Both the position numbers and the translations under genes were made by a program. From Polyangiales bacterium (GTDB taxonomy: Bacteria > Myxococcota_A > Polyangia > Polyangiales > Ga0077539), in contig JBGARZ010000019.1 of NCBI GenBank assembly GCA_044229975.1, forward strand, positions 1 through 64,000: 64,000 bases of DNA, in the 5' to 3' direction. The notes below the pieces were generated by a model. That model did no database searches. It was not told the origin of the DNA and saw only the letters and a program-made list of their open reading frames with translations. This document shows positions 30,489-39,381 of this stretch, piece after piece. The stretch's first letter is position 1, and every line of letters begins with the position of its first letter.

Positions 30489-30518
30489 AACCTATCCGCG
30501 CACACCCTGGAGTGTCAA
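30489..30518 (-). promoter_or_regulatory. Sigma70-type promoter for the small basic protein gene
   Basis: TTGACA-N18-TAGGTT. Confidence 0.55.
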
Positions 30519-30541
30519 CGTGCAGCCGCCGTAGAGTTGTC

Positions 30542-30571
30542 TTGACCCTTGAGGCGACGGTTCCCTAGACT
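30542..30571 (+). promoter_or_regulatory. Sigma70-type promoter for the FHA gene
   Basis: TTGACC-N18-TAGACT. Confidence 0.55.
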
Positions 30572-30588
30572 GCGAAGAGGCCCCAGCG

Positions 30589-31533
30589 ATGCCCCCTCCC
30601 GACGCCTCGAAGAAGCAGTACCTGCTGAAGTTCATCTCGGGGAAGTATCAGGGTGGAGAGTTTCCGGTGGCCTCCGACCGGGAGATCGTCATCGGCCGCG
30701 CCAACGAGCTCGACGTGGTGCTGGTGGAGGACATGGTCTCGCGCCGCCACGCGAAGATCAGCTCGACGCAAGACTCGCTCTCCATCGAAGACCTGGGCAG
30801 CACCAACGGCACCTTCGTCAACGGCGAGAAGATCAAGCGGGCGAAGCTGAAGGAGGGCGACCGCGTCCTCATCGGCACGAGCATCGTGCGCGTCGCGGTC
30901 ACCGACGCGCTGGCGGGTTCGGGCGAGTCGCGCGAGGCCGAGGCGAGGGCGCGGATGCAGTCCGCGGCGCAGCGCACGTCCACGGTGAAGACCATGAGCG
31001 GCACCATCGACGAGGTGCCTCTGGTCGACCTGCTCCAGCTCTTCGCGACGAGCAAGAAGAGCGGCGTGCTGGTCATCACGCGCGACCCCTACGTGGGCAA
31101 GGTGTTCCTGCGAAAGGGGCAGCTCGCGTACGCGACCATCAACGACAGCGCGGAGATTGGGCCGCTCAAGGCCGTCTATCGCATGCTGGCGTGGGAGACC
31201 GGGTTCTTCGAGCTGCAACCGCCCGACGAGCGCGAGTTCGACAAGGAGATCGACCTCTCCACCGAGGGCATCCTCATGGAGGGCATGCGTCAGCTCGACG
31301 AGACGCGGCGCTTCCTGGGCACGCTCCCGTCGCCCAACGCTCGGCTGTCGCTTGCGGTGCCGCTTCAGCCGCCGCTCAAAGACCTCGATGAGCGCGAGCT
31401 CACGGTGCTCCAGGCGATGATCAACACGGGGCGCGTGGAGGCCACGCTCGACCGGGTGTCGTACACCGACCTCGAGGTCTGCGAGATCCTCTCCAAGCTG
31501 GTGACCCGACAGTATCTGCGCGTCGAGGCGTAG
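30589..31533 (+). CDS. FHA domain + DUF4388 protein
   Basis: IGR, VSRRHA, DLGSTNGTFVNG; MSGTIDEVPLVDLLQL...WETGFFE. Confidence 0.88.
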   Translation: MPPPDASKKQYLLKFISGKYQGGEFPVASDREIVIGRANELDVVLVEDMVSRRHAKISSTQDSLSIEDLGSTNGTFVNGEKIKRAKLKEGDRVLIGTSIVRVAVTDALAGSGESREAEARARMQSAAQRTSTVKTMSGTIDEVPLVDLLQLFATSKKSGVLVITRDPYVGKVFLRKGQLAYATINDSAEIGPLKAVYRMLAWETGFFELQPPDEREFDKEIDLSTEGILMEGMRQLDETRRFLGTLPSPNARLSLAVPLQPPLKDLDERELTVLQAMINTGRVEATLDRVSYTDLEVCEILSKLVTRQYLRVEA

Positions 31534-31540
31534 GCGGCGT

Positions 31541-31984
31541 CTACGCGCGTCGGTCCTGGTGTGCGAGCAGCGCCAGGTAGGCATCGACGAGCGAGGTCAC
31601 GAGGGCGACGGCGGACGCGTGCTGCTCCGTGTCGCCGACGTAGCGGTCGGGGTGGTACTGCCGCAGCATCGCGCGAAACGCCCGCTGCACCTCGGTGCGG
31701 GACGAGCCCACCGGGAGCTCTAGCAACGCGTAGCAACGGGCGATGGAGCGCTCGCGCATGCGGTCGCGACGGGCTTGTCCCATCGCGGTGAGCTCGTCAT
31801 CCGCGGCCGGTCGACCGTGTGCGGGCCGGCCGCGCGCGCGGCGGCGTCGCTCGAGCTCAGCACGCAGCGCCTCGTCGGAGAGGGCACGCAGGCTGAGTCG
31901 ATCGGAGAGAGGTCCGCCGACCGCTCCCGCGGGCCGATCGAGGGCCGTGCGAACGCCATCGCTCAATCGATCCCAGAGGCTCAC
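31541..31984 (-). CDS. Small protein with C-terminal J domain
   Basis: CYALLEL...EVQRAFRAMLRQYHPDR. Confidence 0.8.
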   Translation of the reverse strand: MSLWDRLSDGVRTALDRPAGAVGGPLSDRLSLRALSDEALRAELERRRRARGRPAHGRPAADDELTAMGQARRDRMRERSIARCYALLELPVGSSRTEVQRAFRAMLRQYHPDRYVGDTEQHASAVALVTSLVDAYLALLAHQDRRA

Positions 31985-32310
31985 TACGCACCTCGTCGGT
32001 CGCGTTGGGCGAGCAGTCGATCGAGGACGGCGCGCGAGGCGGGGCTGAGCTCGGAGAAGATCACCCCGACGCCCGGCGGGTCATCCTGCACGCGCACCAC
32101 CTCGCCGACCCCTTCGATGAACTCCATCTCGTCGTGCAGCACGGTGAACCGGAGGTTGACCTTGGTGCCCACCGTCAGCGGCGTGCGCGTCTTCAGAAAC
32201 GCTCCGGTGCGCGACAGGTTGGTGACGTACTCCTCGATGAAGGCGTCGAAGGACTCGAACTCCTGGTTGATGGTGACGCGGTCGTCGCTGCGCCGGTGGT
32301 CATCGCTCAT
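31984..32310 (-). CDS. Stand-alone PilZ domain protein
   Basis: RRSDDR, NLSRTGAF, GEVVR, GVGVIF. Confidence 0.88.
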   Translation of the reverse strand: MSDDHRRSDDRVTINQEFESFDAFIEEYVTNLSRTGAFLKTRTPLTVGTKVNLRFTVLHDEMEFIEGVGEVVRVQDDPPGVGVIFSELSPASRAVLDRLLAQRDRRGA

Positions 32311-32331
32311 GGAGAACTCCGCGTCGCCCGC

Positions 32332-33939
32332 TCACGCCCCGGCGAGGTCGAACTGCTCGATGTGATACTCGGGGCGCCCCTGCAAGACGATCTGACGCAT
32401 GTAGCGCCGCTGGGCCTCTTCGAGGTCTTCGCGTGCCTCGTGCTTGAGACAGTCAACCACCGCGGGGTGCGCGTTGATGGTGACGGAGTAGCCCCTGAGC
32501 TCGGCGCGCTCTCGACGAATCTGCCGGAGGATCTCGTACGCCACGGTGACCTTCGAAAAGGTGTGTCCCTTGCCGTCGCAATAGAAACACGCCTCGAAGA
32601 GCGTGCGACCGAGCGACTCGCGGGTGCGCTTGCGGGTCATCTCGACGAGGCCGAGCTCGGAGATGCGCACGGTGGTGGTCTTGGCCTTGTCGTTCTTGAG
32701 GGCCTCGACCAGTGCGCGCTCGACCCGCTCGCGGTTCTGCATCCGGTCCATGTCGATGAAGTCGATGACGATGAGGCCGCCGAGGTTGCGCAGCCGGAGC
32801 TGGTACGCGATCTCTGCCACCGCCTCGATGTTGGTCGCGGTGACGGTCTCCTCGACGTCCTTCTTCCCGACGAAGCGACCAGTGTTCACGTCGACGGCGC
32901 AGAGCGCCTCGGTCTGATCGATGATGAGGTACCCACCCGACTTCAGCGGCACCTTCCGCGCGAGCGCGCGGCCGATCTCGTCTTCGATGCCGTAGGCGTC
33001 GAACACGGGCTCGTCGCCCGCGTAGTGCTCCACGTCGTCTTTGCGGTCGGGCATGAACTGCTCGACGAAGCGCACGAGGCGACCGTGCGTGTCCTTGTCG
33101 TCGACGACGATCTTGTCGACCTCGGGGCCGAACACGTCGCGCACCGTACGCAAATGCACGTCGAGCTCGGAGTACAGCAGCGTCGGGCCCTTGCTGGTCT
33201 CGCGCTTGTGACAGATGTCCGCCCAGAGATGCGCAAGGTACGCGACGTCGGTCTTGAGCTGCTTCTTGGTGAGGCCCTCGGAGAGTGTCCGCACGATGAG
33301 GCCGCCCTTCTCGGGCTTCATCGACTCGATCACCTCACGCAGGCGTCGACGCTCCTTCTCGTTGCCAATGCGCTTGGAGACGCCGATGTGCTCGACCGTC
33401 GGCATGTACACGACGTAGCGGCCGGGCAGAGAGACATGGGAGGTGACCCGCGCCCCTTTGGTGCTGATGGGCCCCTTCGAGACCTGAACGACGATCTCCT
33501 GCCCCTCCTTGAGCACCTCGCGAATGCCCTTGGTGACGCGGGGCGCGCGCTGCGGACGCGAGTCGCGACGACGCCCACCACCCGTCGGCTTTCCCGCGGG
33601 TCGATCTTCCTCCGGGGCGCCCTCCGCGGTGGCGACGCCGTCGTCGCCGTGGGACTCGTCGTCGTCGTCGTCGTCGTCGTCGCCCGGCATGAGCGTCTTG
33701 AACTCCGACTCGGAGAGGGCGTCGTCGACGTGCAGGAAGGCGGCGCGCTCGAGACCGATGTCGACGAACGCGGCGTTCATCCCCGGGAGCACCCGGGTCA
33801 CCTTGCCGAGGTAGACGTCGCCGACGACATTGCGCTCGCCGCGTCGCTCGATGTGAAGCTCAGAGACGATGCCGCCCTCGATCAGGGCGACCCGGGTTTC
33901 GCCGATGTCGACGTTGATGACGATCTTGTTACCGACCAT
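32332..33939 (-). CDS. rng: Ribonuclease E/G family (RNase G-sized)
   Basis: VGDVYLGKVTRVLPGMNAAFVDIG, AVDVNTG, LRNLGGLIVIDFIDM, CFYCDGKG. Confidence 0.93.
   Translation of the reverse strand: MVGNKIVINVDIGETRVALIEGGIVSELHIERRGERNVVGDVYLGKVTRVLPGMNAAFVDIGLERAAFLHVDDALSESEFKTLMPGDDDDDDDDESHGDDGVATAEGAPEEDRPAGKPTGGGRRRDSRPQRAPRVTKGIREVLKEGQEIVVQVSKGPISTKGARVTSHVSLPGRYVVYMPTVEHIGVSKRIGNEKERRRLREVIESMKPEKGGLIVRTLSEGLTKKQLKTDVAYLAHLWADICHKRETSKGPTLLYSELDVHLRTVRDVFGPEVDKIVVDDKDTHGRLVRFVEQFMPDRKDDVEHYAGDEPVFDAYGIEDEIGRALARKVPLKSGGYLIIDQTEALCAVDVNTGRFVGKKDVEETVTATNIEAVAEIAYQLRLRNLGGLIVIDFIDMDRMQNRERVERALVEALKNDKAKTTTVRISELGLVEMTRKRTRESLGRTLFEACFYCDGKGHTFSKVTVAYEILRQIRRERAELRGYSVTINAHPAVVDCLKHEAREDLEEAQRRYMRQIVLQGRPEYHIEQFDLAGA
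33656..33681. repeat. (GAC)n trinucleotide run encoding poly-Asp in the S1 insertion of Rng
   Basis: Eight consecutive Asp codons. Confidence 0.7.
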
Positions 33940-34061
33940 GGATTGCGAACCAGACGCTATGCGCGCAGCGCCCGAATGCGCCGCGGCGAGCGGGGAGGGT
34001 ACTCCGAAGAGCGTTGGATGGAAGGGCGAATGAGCGCCTCGGGCTACAACAGCCCGTCGGC

Positions 34062-34571
34062 TCAGTTGGTGGTGAAGATGGCTTCGATTTCCTCGCGCAC
34101 CGAGTCTTCGGTGCGGTCGAGGGCGATGGCCAGCTCCTTCACGACGAGGCCCCGCGCGTTTTCGAGCATGCGCTTCTCGCCGAAGGAGAGGGACTTCTCG
34201 GTCTTGAGCCGGTAGAGGTCGCGGAGGACCTCGGCGACGTCGTAGATGCTGCCGGTCTTGATCTTGTCCATGAAGCCGCGATACCGGCGGTTCCAGGTCT
34301 GGTTGTCGTAGGCGACGGTGCGCTCGCGGAGGATCTCGAAGATCTCGCGGATCTCGGCCTCACAGATGACGTTGCGGAGGCCGACGACGTCGGCGTTCTT
34401 CACCGGCACCATGATGCGGCGCTCGGAGTCGAGGATGCGGAGAACGTAGAAGCGCTGCCTCGATCCGGCGATTTCGCGCTCCTCGATGCTGATCACCTCT
34501 GCCACGCCCTGGGCTGGATACACGGCCTTGTCACCGACCTTGAACTCCGAGCTGGTCCGCGCCTCTTGCAT
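34062..34571 (-). CDS. cdnL: CarD/CdnL family RNA polymerase-binding factor
   Basis: FKVGDKAVYPAQGVAEV, QTWNRRYR, LSFGEKRML; no C-terminal DNA-binding tail. Confidence 0.9.
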   Translation of the reverse strand: MQEARTSSEFKVGDKAVYPAQGVAEVISIEEREIAGSRQRFYVLRILDSERRIMVPVKNADVVGLRNVICEAEIREIFEILRERTVAYDNQTWNRRYRGFMDKIKTGSIYDVAEVLRDLYRLKTEKSLSFGEKRMLENARGLVVKELAIALDRTEDSVREEIEAIFTTN

Positions 34572-34770
34572 CGTCACTCCTCTGCACTTGAAACAAACGG
34601 GTTCGGCCCGTCACCGCGTGCGCCGGAACTCCGCAGAGTCCCGATCTCATCCAAGCAATTGCTGAGAGCGTCACCGATGTTTTGGTGACACACGAGCCTC
34701 ACACGCAAAGCGTCATCGCTGTCCGAGCGCTTGAGCTGCGGAGCGAGCAGGCAATGCGTGAGGCGGCCGG

Positions 34771-34799
34771 ACAATACGGGAATGACGCGCTCGCGTCAA
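34771..34799 (-). promoter_or_regulatory. Sigma70-type promoter upstream of cdnL
   Basis: TTGACG-N17-TATTGT. Confidence 0.55.
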
Positions 34800-34844
34800 C
34801 CCCTCCCCGGGATGTTGATGGAGGCGAAGGGGGACGAAGGGGAG

Positions 34845-35711
34845 TCAGCGCGCAGGAGCGGGCGCGACCGGAGGAGTCGAGGGCGGCACGGTGGGCGCCG
34901 CGTTGTCGAGCGAGGAGAGGTCGGGCAACTCCTCGATGTTGGGCATGAGCACGATCTCGACGCGGCGGTTCTGCGCGCGGTTTTCGTCGGTGTCGTTGGG
35001 TCTCGCGGGCTGAAACTCTGCGTAGCCTGCGCCGCCGAGGTGCACAGCGGCCACGTTGTTGGACGAAAGAAATCTCACCACGTTGAGAGCCCTGCCCGCC
35101 GAGAGCTCCCAGTTGTCGGCGAAGCGTCCTCCGCGCCCGAGCTGGACGTTGTCGGTGTGACCCGCCACGAGGAAGTCGCGGTCGCGGATCTGGGCGAGCA
35201 CCACGGCCACCTGGCGGAGCACCTGCTGGCCCTCGGCGCGAAGCTCGGCTCGACCGGAGTCGAACAGGATGCCCGCGGGGAGCTCGATGACCATGCGGCC
35301 GCGCACCGTGCGCACGCGAAGCTGGCCCGCCGAGATCATCGACTGAAACTGCGCGACCATGTTGCGGTAGGTGCTGAGCCGCGCCTCGGCCGCCTGCTGC
35401 CGACGCCGCAGCTCGGCCTCGCGCTGCTGCGCCTCGGTCAGCGCCGTCGCCTGCTGGGCACCCTGCGCTTGGAGCTGGGAGACGTTTTGCCCCAGCTCTT
35501 CGAGGCGGTGGGCCATCGTCGCGTTGGACGCCTGCATCCCCTCGAACTGCTCGCGCAGGTGGTCCCGCTCGCCCGTCAGCTCGCGGAGCTGCCCCTGTAA
35601 GGTGGTGATCTCCCGGAGCTTGCCCTGCCACTCGGCCTCGCCGTGACCGCAGCCCGTTGCGAGACCCGCTACCAACGACCACCCGAGCAGCGCCTGTTTC
35701 ACGTTCGACAT
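34845..35711 (-). CDS. OmpA/MotB-family peptidoglycan-binding lipoprotein with coiled coil
   Basis: ILFDSGRAEL, VAGHTDN, NWELSAGRA, NRRVEI. Confidence 0.9.
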   Translation of the reverse strand: MSNVKQALLGWSLVAGLATGCGHGEAEWQGKLREITTLQGQLRELTGERDHLREQFEGMQASNATMAHRLEELGQNVSQLQAQGAQQATALTEAQQREAELRRRQQAAEARLSTYRNMVAQFQSMISAGQLRVRTVRGRMVIELPAGILFDSGRAELRAEGQQVLRQVAVVLAQIRDRDFLVAGHTDNVQLGRGGRFADNWELSAGRALNVVRFLSSNNVAAVHLGGAGYAEFQPARPNDTDENRAQNRRVEIVLMPNIEELPDLSSLDNAAPTVPPSTPPVAPAPAR

Positions 35712-35819
35712 GCCTCCAAAGCCCTGGAAAACGCGGCGGACGCTAGACAGAGCTCCTGGGAATTGTCAACGAAAGTGACGCCTCTGCACCCCGACGTACT
35801 TCGCCATGCGCTGACATGC

Positions 35820-35847
35820 TTGACACCAGCCCAAGAGACGATACATT
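35820..35847 (+). promoter_or_regulatory. Promoter for the histone-like gene
   Basis: TTGACA-N16-TACATT in an AT-richer intergenic; GGAGGT RBS at 35871. Confidence 0.45.
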
Positions 35848-35884
35848 ACCTAACAGTCAACCTCATCACTGGAGGTAAGGTTCA

Positions 35885-36241
35885 ATGGCAACTGCAAAGA
35901 AGAAGGCGGCCCCCAAGGCCAAGAAGCCGGCGGCGAAGAAGCCCGCGGCGAAGAAGCCCGCAGCCAAGAAGGCGGCGGCCAAGCCCGCAGCCAAGAAGGC
36001 AGCGGCCAAGAAGCCGGCAGCCAAGAAGGCTGCTCCGGCCAAGAAGGCAGCGGCCAAGAAGCCGGCAGCCAAGAAGGCAGCGGCCAAGAAGCCGGCCGCC
36101 AAGAAGGCCGCTCCCGCCAAGAAGGCGGCGGCCAAGAAGCCGGCCGCCAAGAAGGCCGCTCCCGCCAAGAAGAAGGCAGCCCCCAAGAAGGCTGCTGCCC
36201 CCGCGGCGCCCGTCGCCAGCGGCGGTGGCGAGGAAGAGTAG
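35885..36241 (+). CDS. Histone H1-like Lys/Ala/Pro-repeat DNA-binding protein
   Basis: ([16 protein letters not shown])n; strong RBS. Confidence 0.85.
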   Translation: MATAKKKAAPKAKKPAAKKPAAKKPAAKKAAAKPAAKKAAAKKPAAKKAAPAKKAAAKKPAAKKAAAKKPAAKKAAPAKKAAAKKPAAKKAAPAKKKAAPKKAAAPAAPVASGGGEEE

Positions 36242-36278
36242 ACCTCTCCTCGTCCAACGGGCCGCTCCCAAGGGTCCG

Positions 36279-36321
36279 TGGTTGAAGGCGCGCATGGTTT
36301 TCCATGTCGCGCCTTCAACCA
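36279..36321 (+). terminator. Long hairpin after the histone-like gene
   Basis: TGGTTGAAGGCGCGCATGG-TTTT-CCATG(T)CGCGCCTTCAACCA followed by TTT. Confidence 0.7.
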
Positions 36322-36376
36322 TTTGGAGGGCTGACCGTCGCGACCATGCGGCTATGGTGGCCGCCGGAGGTCGCTC

Positions 36377-37342
36377 ATGCGCTTCGCCTTTCTCATGGAT
36401 CCGATCGAGCACGTGCTCGTCGACAAGGACACCACCTTCGCACTGATGCTCGAAGCCCAGCGCCGCGGGCACGAGGTCTTCACCATCGGCTCGGCTGATC
36501 TGGTTGCGACGCCGGACGGCCTCTTCGCCCACGGCCATCGCACGCGTGTGATGCGGGCCGACGCACCGGCCCACTTCCAACGCGACGCGCCCGCCGAGCG
36601 GGTGGATGTGGCGTCGCTCGACGCGGTGTTCATCCGCACGGACCCGCCCTTCGACGCGCAGTACCTCTACAACACTCTGCTGCTCGAACAGGTTCGCGGA
36701 AGGGTGCTGATCGTCAACGATCCGCGCGGCATCCGCGACGCCAACGAGAAGCTCTACGCGATGCACTTCCCCGAGGTCACGCCGCGCACCATCGTTACAG
36801 CGCGCGAAGCCGATGTACGCGCGTTTCTGGAAGAGATCCGCGGCCCGGGCGTGATGAAGCCGCTCGATGGCGCGGGCGGTCGCGGGATCATGGTCGTCGA
36901 CCTCAACGACAAGAACTTCCGCTCCATCGTCGAGACGCTGACCTTGGAGGGGAAGCGGTTTGCGATGGTGCAGGAGTTTCTTCCCGCCGTGCGCGAGGGC
37001 GACAAGCGGGTGCTGCTGCTCGACGGTGAGCCGCTGGGGGCGATCTTGCGGGTGCCGCGGGCCGACGAGTCGCGGAGCAACATCCACGTTGGCGGGACCG
37101 TGCAGCCGGTCGATCTCGATGCGCACGACCTCGCCATCGTCGCGGCCGTGGCCGATCGACTGCGGAGGGATGGGCTGTACTTCGTCGGGCTCGACGTCAT
37201 CGGCGGTCGGCTCACCGAGGTCAACGTGACCTCGCCCACCGGCATCCAGGAGCTGTCTCGCTTCACGGGCTCGGAGCCCGAGGCGAAGGTCATCGCGTGG
37301 GCCGAAACCCGCGCGAAGGCGATCAAGTCTTCCACCCGTTGA
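36377..37342 (+). CDS. gshB: Glutathione synthetase
   Basis: [43 protein letters not shown]. Confidence 0.95.
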   Translation: MRFAFLMDPIEHVLVDKDTTFALMLEAQRRGHEVFTIGSADLVATPDGLFAHGHRTRVMRADAPAHFQRDAPAERVDVASLDAVFIRTDPPFDAQYLYNTLLLEQVRGRVLIVNDPRGIRDANEKLYAMHFPEVTPRTIVTAREADVRAFLEEIRGPGVMKPLDGAGGRGIMVVDLNDKNFRSIVETLTLEGKRFAMVQEFLPAVREGDKRVLLLDGEPLGAILRVPRADESRSNIHVGGTVQPVDLDAHDLAIVAAVADRLRRDGLYFVGLDVIGGRLTEVNVTSPTGIQELSRFTGSEPEAKVIAWAETRAKAIKSSTR

Positions 37343-37366
37343 ATGACCATTCAGTGACGGCGCGGG

Positions 37367-37396
37367 TTGACACGCCGCGGCGGAAGCCCCTACACC
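37367..37396 (+). promoter_or_regulatory. Promoter for etfBA
   Basis: TTGACA-N18-TACACC. Confidence 0.45.
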
Positions 37397-37475
37397 ACCG
37401 CGGCGCCGCGCACCCTTCCGGCCGAACGGCCACGCGCGACGTCCACCGAACCACCGTCAGCGAGGAGACGGCATC

Positions 37476-38312
37476 GTGAAGATCCTGGTTCCACTGAAGC
37501 GCACTGCAGACCCCGACAACGCCAACAAGATCAAGATCGGAGCGGGCGGCGCGAAGATCGAGACCACGGGGCTCGAACCGAAGGCCAACCCCTTCGACGA
37601 GTACGCCGTCGAGGCGTCGCTCCGGCTCATCGAAAACGGCCAGACCAAGGCGCGTAACGCGGGCGACAAGCTCACGGTCGTGTCCTTCGGCGCGAAGGAG
37701 GCTTCGGCCAACATCCGCCAGGCCCTCGCGATGGGCGGCGACGACGGGCTCCTCTACATCGCCGACGACGAGGCGCTCGACGGCGATCTCGTCGCGCGCG
37801 CGTTGGCCAAGGTGGTCGAGGCGCAGAAGCCCGACCTCGTGGTGCTCGGCAAGCAGGCCGTGGACGGCGACAGCAACCAGGTGGGCCAGGTGCTCGCCGA
37901 GCTGCTCCAGTGGCCGAGCGCGACCTTCGCCATGAGCATCGAGCTCAGCGCCGACAAGAAGACCGCCATCGTGGGTCGCGAGGTTGACGGCGGCGTCATC
38001 AAGCTGAAGCTCACGCTCCCCGCCGTCATCACGGTCGACCTCCGCATCGTCGCGCCGAAGAGCGTCACCAACCACGTGACTCCGGCGACGTTCTCGTACC
38101 CCGAGGGCGCGCGCTTCACGCCGCTCCCGATGATCATCAAGGCGAAGACGAAGCCCATCGTCGAGGCGCCCATCGCGTCGCTCGGCGTCGACGCCGCGTT
38201 GAAGTCCAAGTACGTGAGCTTCGCGCTGCCCCCGGCACGTAAGGGCGGCGTCAAGGTCAAGGACGTCCCCGAGCTGGTGCAGAAGCTGCGCGTCGAAGCC
38301 AAGGTCCTCTGA
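37476..38312 (+). CDS. etfB: Electron transfer flavoprotein beta subunit
   Basis: NPFDEYAVE, GKQAVDGDSNQVG, REVDGG. Confidence 0.95.
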   Translation: MKILVPLKRTADPDNANKIKIGAGGAKIETTGLEPKANPFDEYAVEASLRLIENGQTKARNAGDKLTVVSFGAKEASANIRQALAMGGDDGLLYIADDEALDGDLVARALAKVVEAQKPDLVVLGKQAVDGDSNQVGQVLAELLQWPSATFAMSIELSADKKTAIVGREVDGGVIKLKLTLPAVITVDLRIVAPKSVTNHVTPATFSYPEGARFTPLPMIIKAKTKPIVEAPIASLGVDAALKSKYVSFALPPARKGGVKVKDVPELVQKLRVEAKVL

Positions 38313-38327
38313 GCGGAGTGATGTGAG

Positions 38328-39296
38328 ATGAGCAAGATCCTCGTGGTTGCAGAGGTCTCTGGCGGTAAGCTGAAGAAGACCACCCACAGCGCGATCACCT
38401 TCGCGCGTCAGGCGGGCCTCCCCTTCGACATCCTCGTGCTCGGGCACGACGTCGGCGCTGCGGCGGAAGAGCTGCGGGCGTACGGCGCCGGCGCGGTCAA
38501 GGTCGCCGACGACGCGACCCTCAAGAACTACGTCGGCGAGGCGTTTACGCCCACCGTCGCCGAGGCGGCCAAGGGTTACTCGGTCGTTGCAGTCACCGCG
38601 AGCTCCTTTGGCAAGGACCTCGCGCCTCGTGTCGCCGCGCGCCTCGGCGCCGGCCTCGCGAGCGACATCGCGGGCGTCGACGCCTCGGGCGGCGCGCTCA
38701 CCTACCAGCGTCCGATGTATGCGGGCAACGCGCTCGGCACCATGCAGATCACCACGGCCGTGCAGGTCGTGAGCACCCGTCAGTCGGAGTTCGAGGCGGC
38801 CGCGCCGAGCGGCGGATCGTCTCCCGTGGAGAAGGTCGCGGCCGTCGCGGCGCCTCTCGCGGCTCGCGTGGAGTTCTTGAGTTTCGACGAGGTGAAGTCG
38901 GCGCGGCCTGAGCTCACCGAGGCGAAGGTCGTCGTGTCGGGCGGGCGCTCGCTGAAGTCCGCCGAGGGCTTCAAGACCGTGCTCGAACCGCTCGTCGACG
39001 TGATGGGCGCGGCCATGGGCGCCAGCCGCGCGGCGGTCGATGCTGGGTACGTACCCAACGACCTCCAGGTCGGGCAGACCGGCAAGGTCGTCGCGCCGAA
39101 GCTGTACATCGCCGTCGGCATCTCCGGCGCGATCCAGCACATCGCAGGCATGAAGAACAGCAAGGTCATCGTGGCCATCAACAAGGACCCCGAGGCCCCC
39201 ATCTTCCAGCTCGCCGACTACGGGCTCGTGGCCGACCTCTACAAGGCCGTGCCCGAGCTCACCGACGCGGTGAAGAAGATCCGCGCCGAAGGCTGA
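38328..39296 (+). CDS. etfA: Electron transfer flavoprotein alpha subunit
   Basis: [25 protein letters not shown]. Confidence 0.96.
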   Translation: MSKILVVAEVSGGKLKKTTHSAITFARQAGLPFDILVLGHDVGAAAEELRAYGAGAVKVADDATLKNYVGEAFTPTVAEAAKGYSVVAVTASSFGKDLAPRVAARLGAGLASDIAGVDASGGALTYQRPMYAGNALGTMQITTAVQVVSTRQSEFEAAAPSGGSSPVEKVAAVAAPLAARVEFLSFDEVKSARPELTEAKVVVSGGRSLKSAEGFKTVLEPLVDVMGAAMGASRAAVDAGYVPNDLQVGQTGKVVAPKLYIAVGISGAIQHIAGMKNSKVIVAINKDPEAPIFQLADYGLVADLYKAVPELTDAVKKIRAEG

Positions 39297-39381
39297 TCCG
39301 TCCGCTCGCCGCGGTTTCCTACCCGGCGCCCCGCGTGGATGTGGTCAAAGTCCGCGTGCCTCGTTAGTGTCCTCCCTCCGC

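Noticed and set aside
34845..35711. MotB as evidence for a flagellar system together with FliQ/FliR
   Set aside because: Lipoprotein with coiled coil, no MotB TM Asp motif and no motA; generic OmpA-like family.
35896..36195. Regular short repeats resembling an array
   Set aside because: Coding repeats of the histone-like protein; no unique spacers, so not CRISPR.
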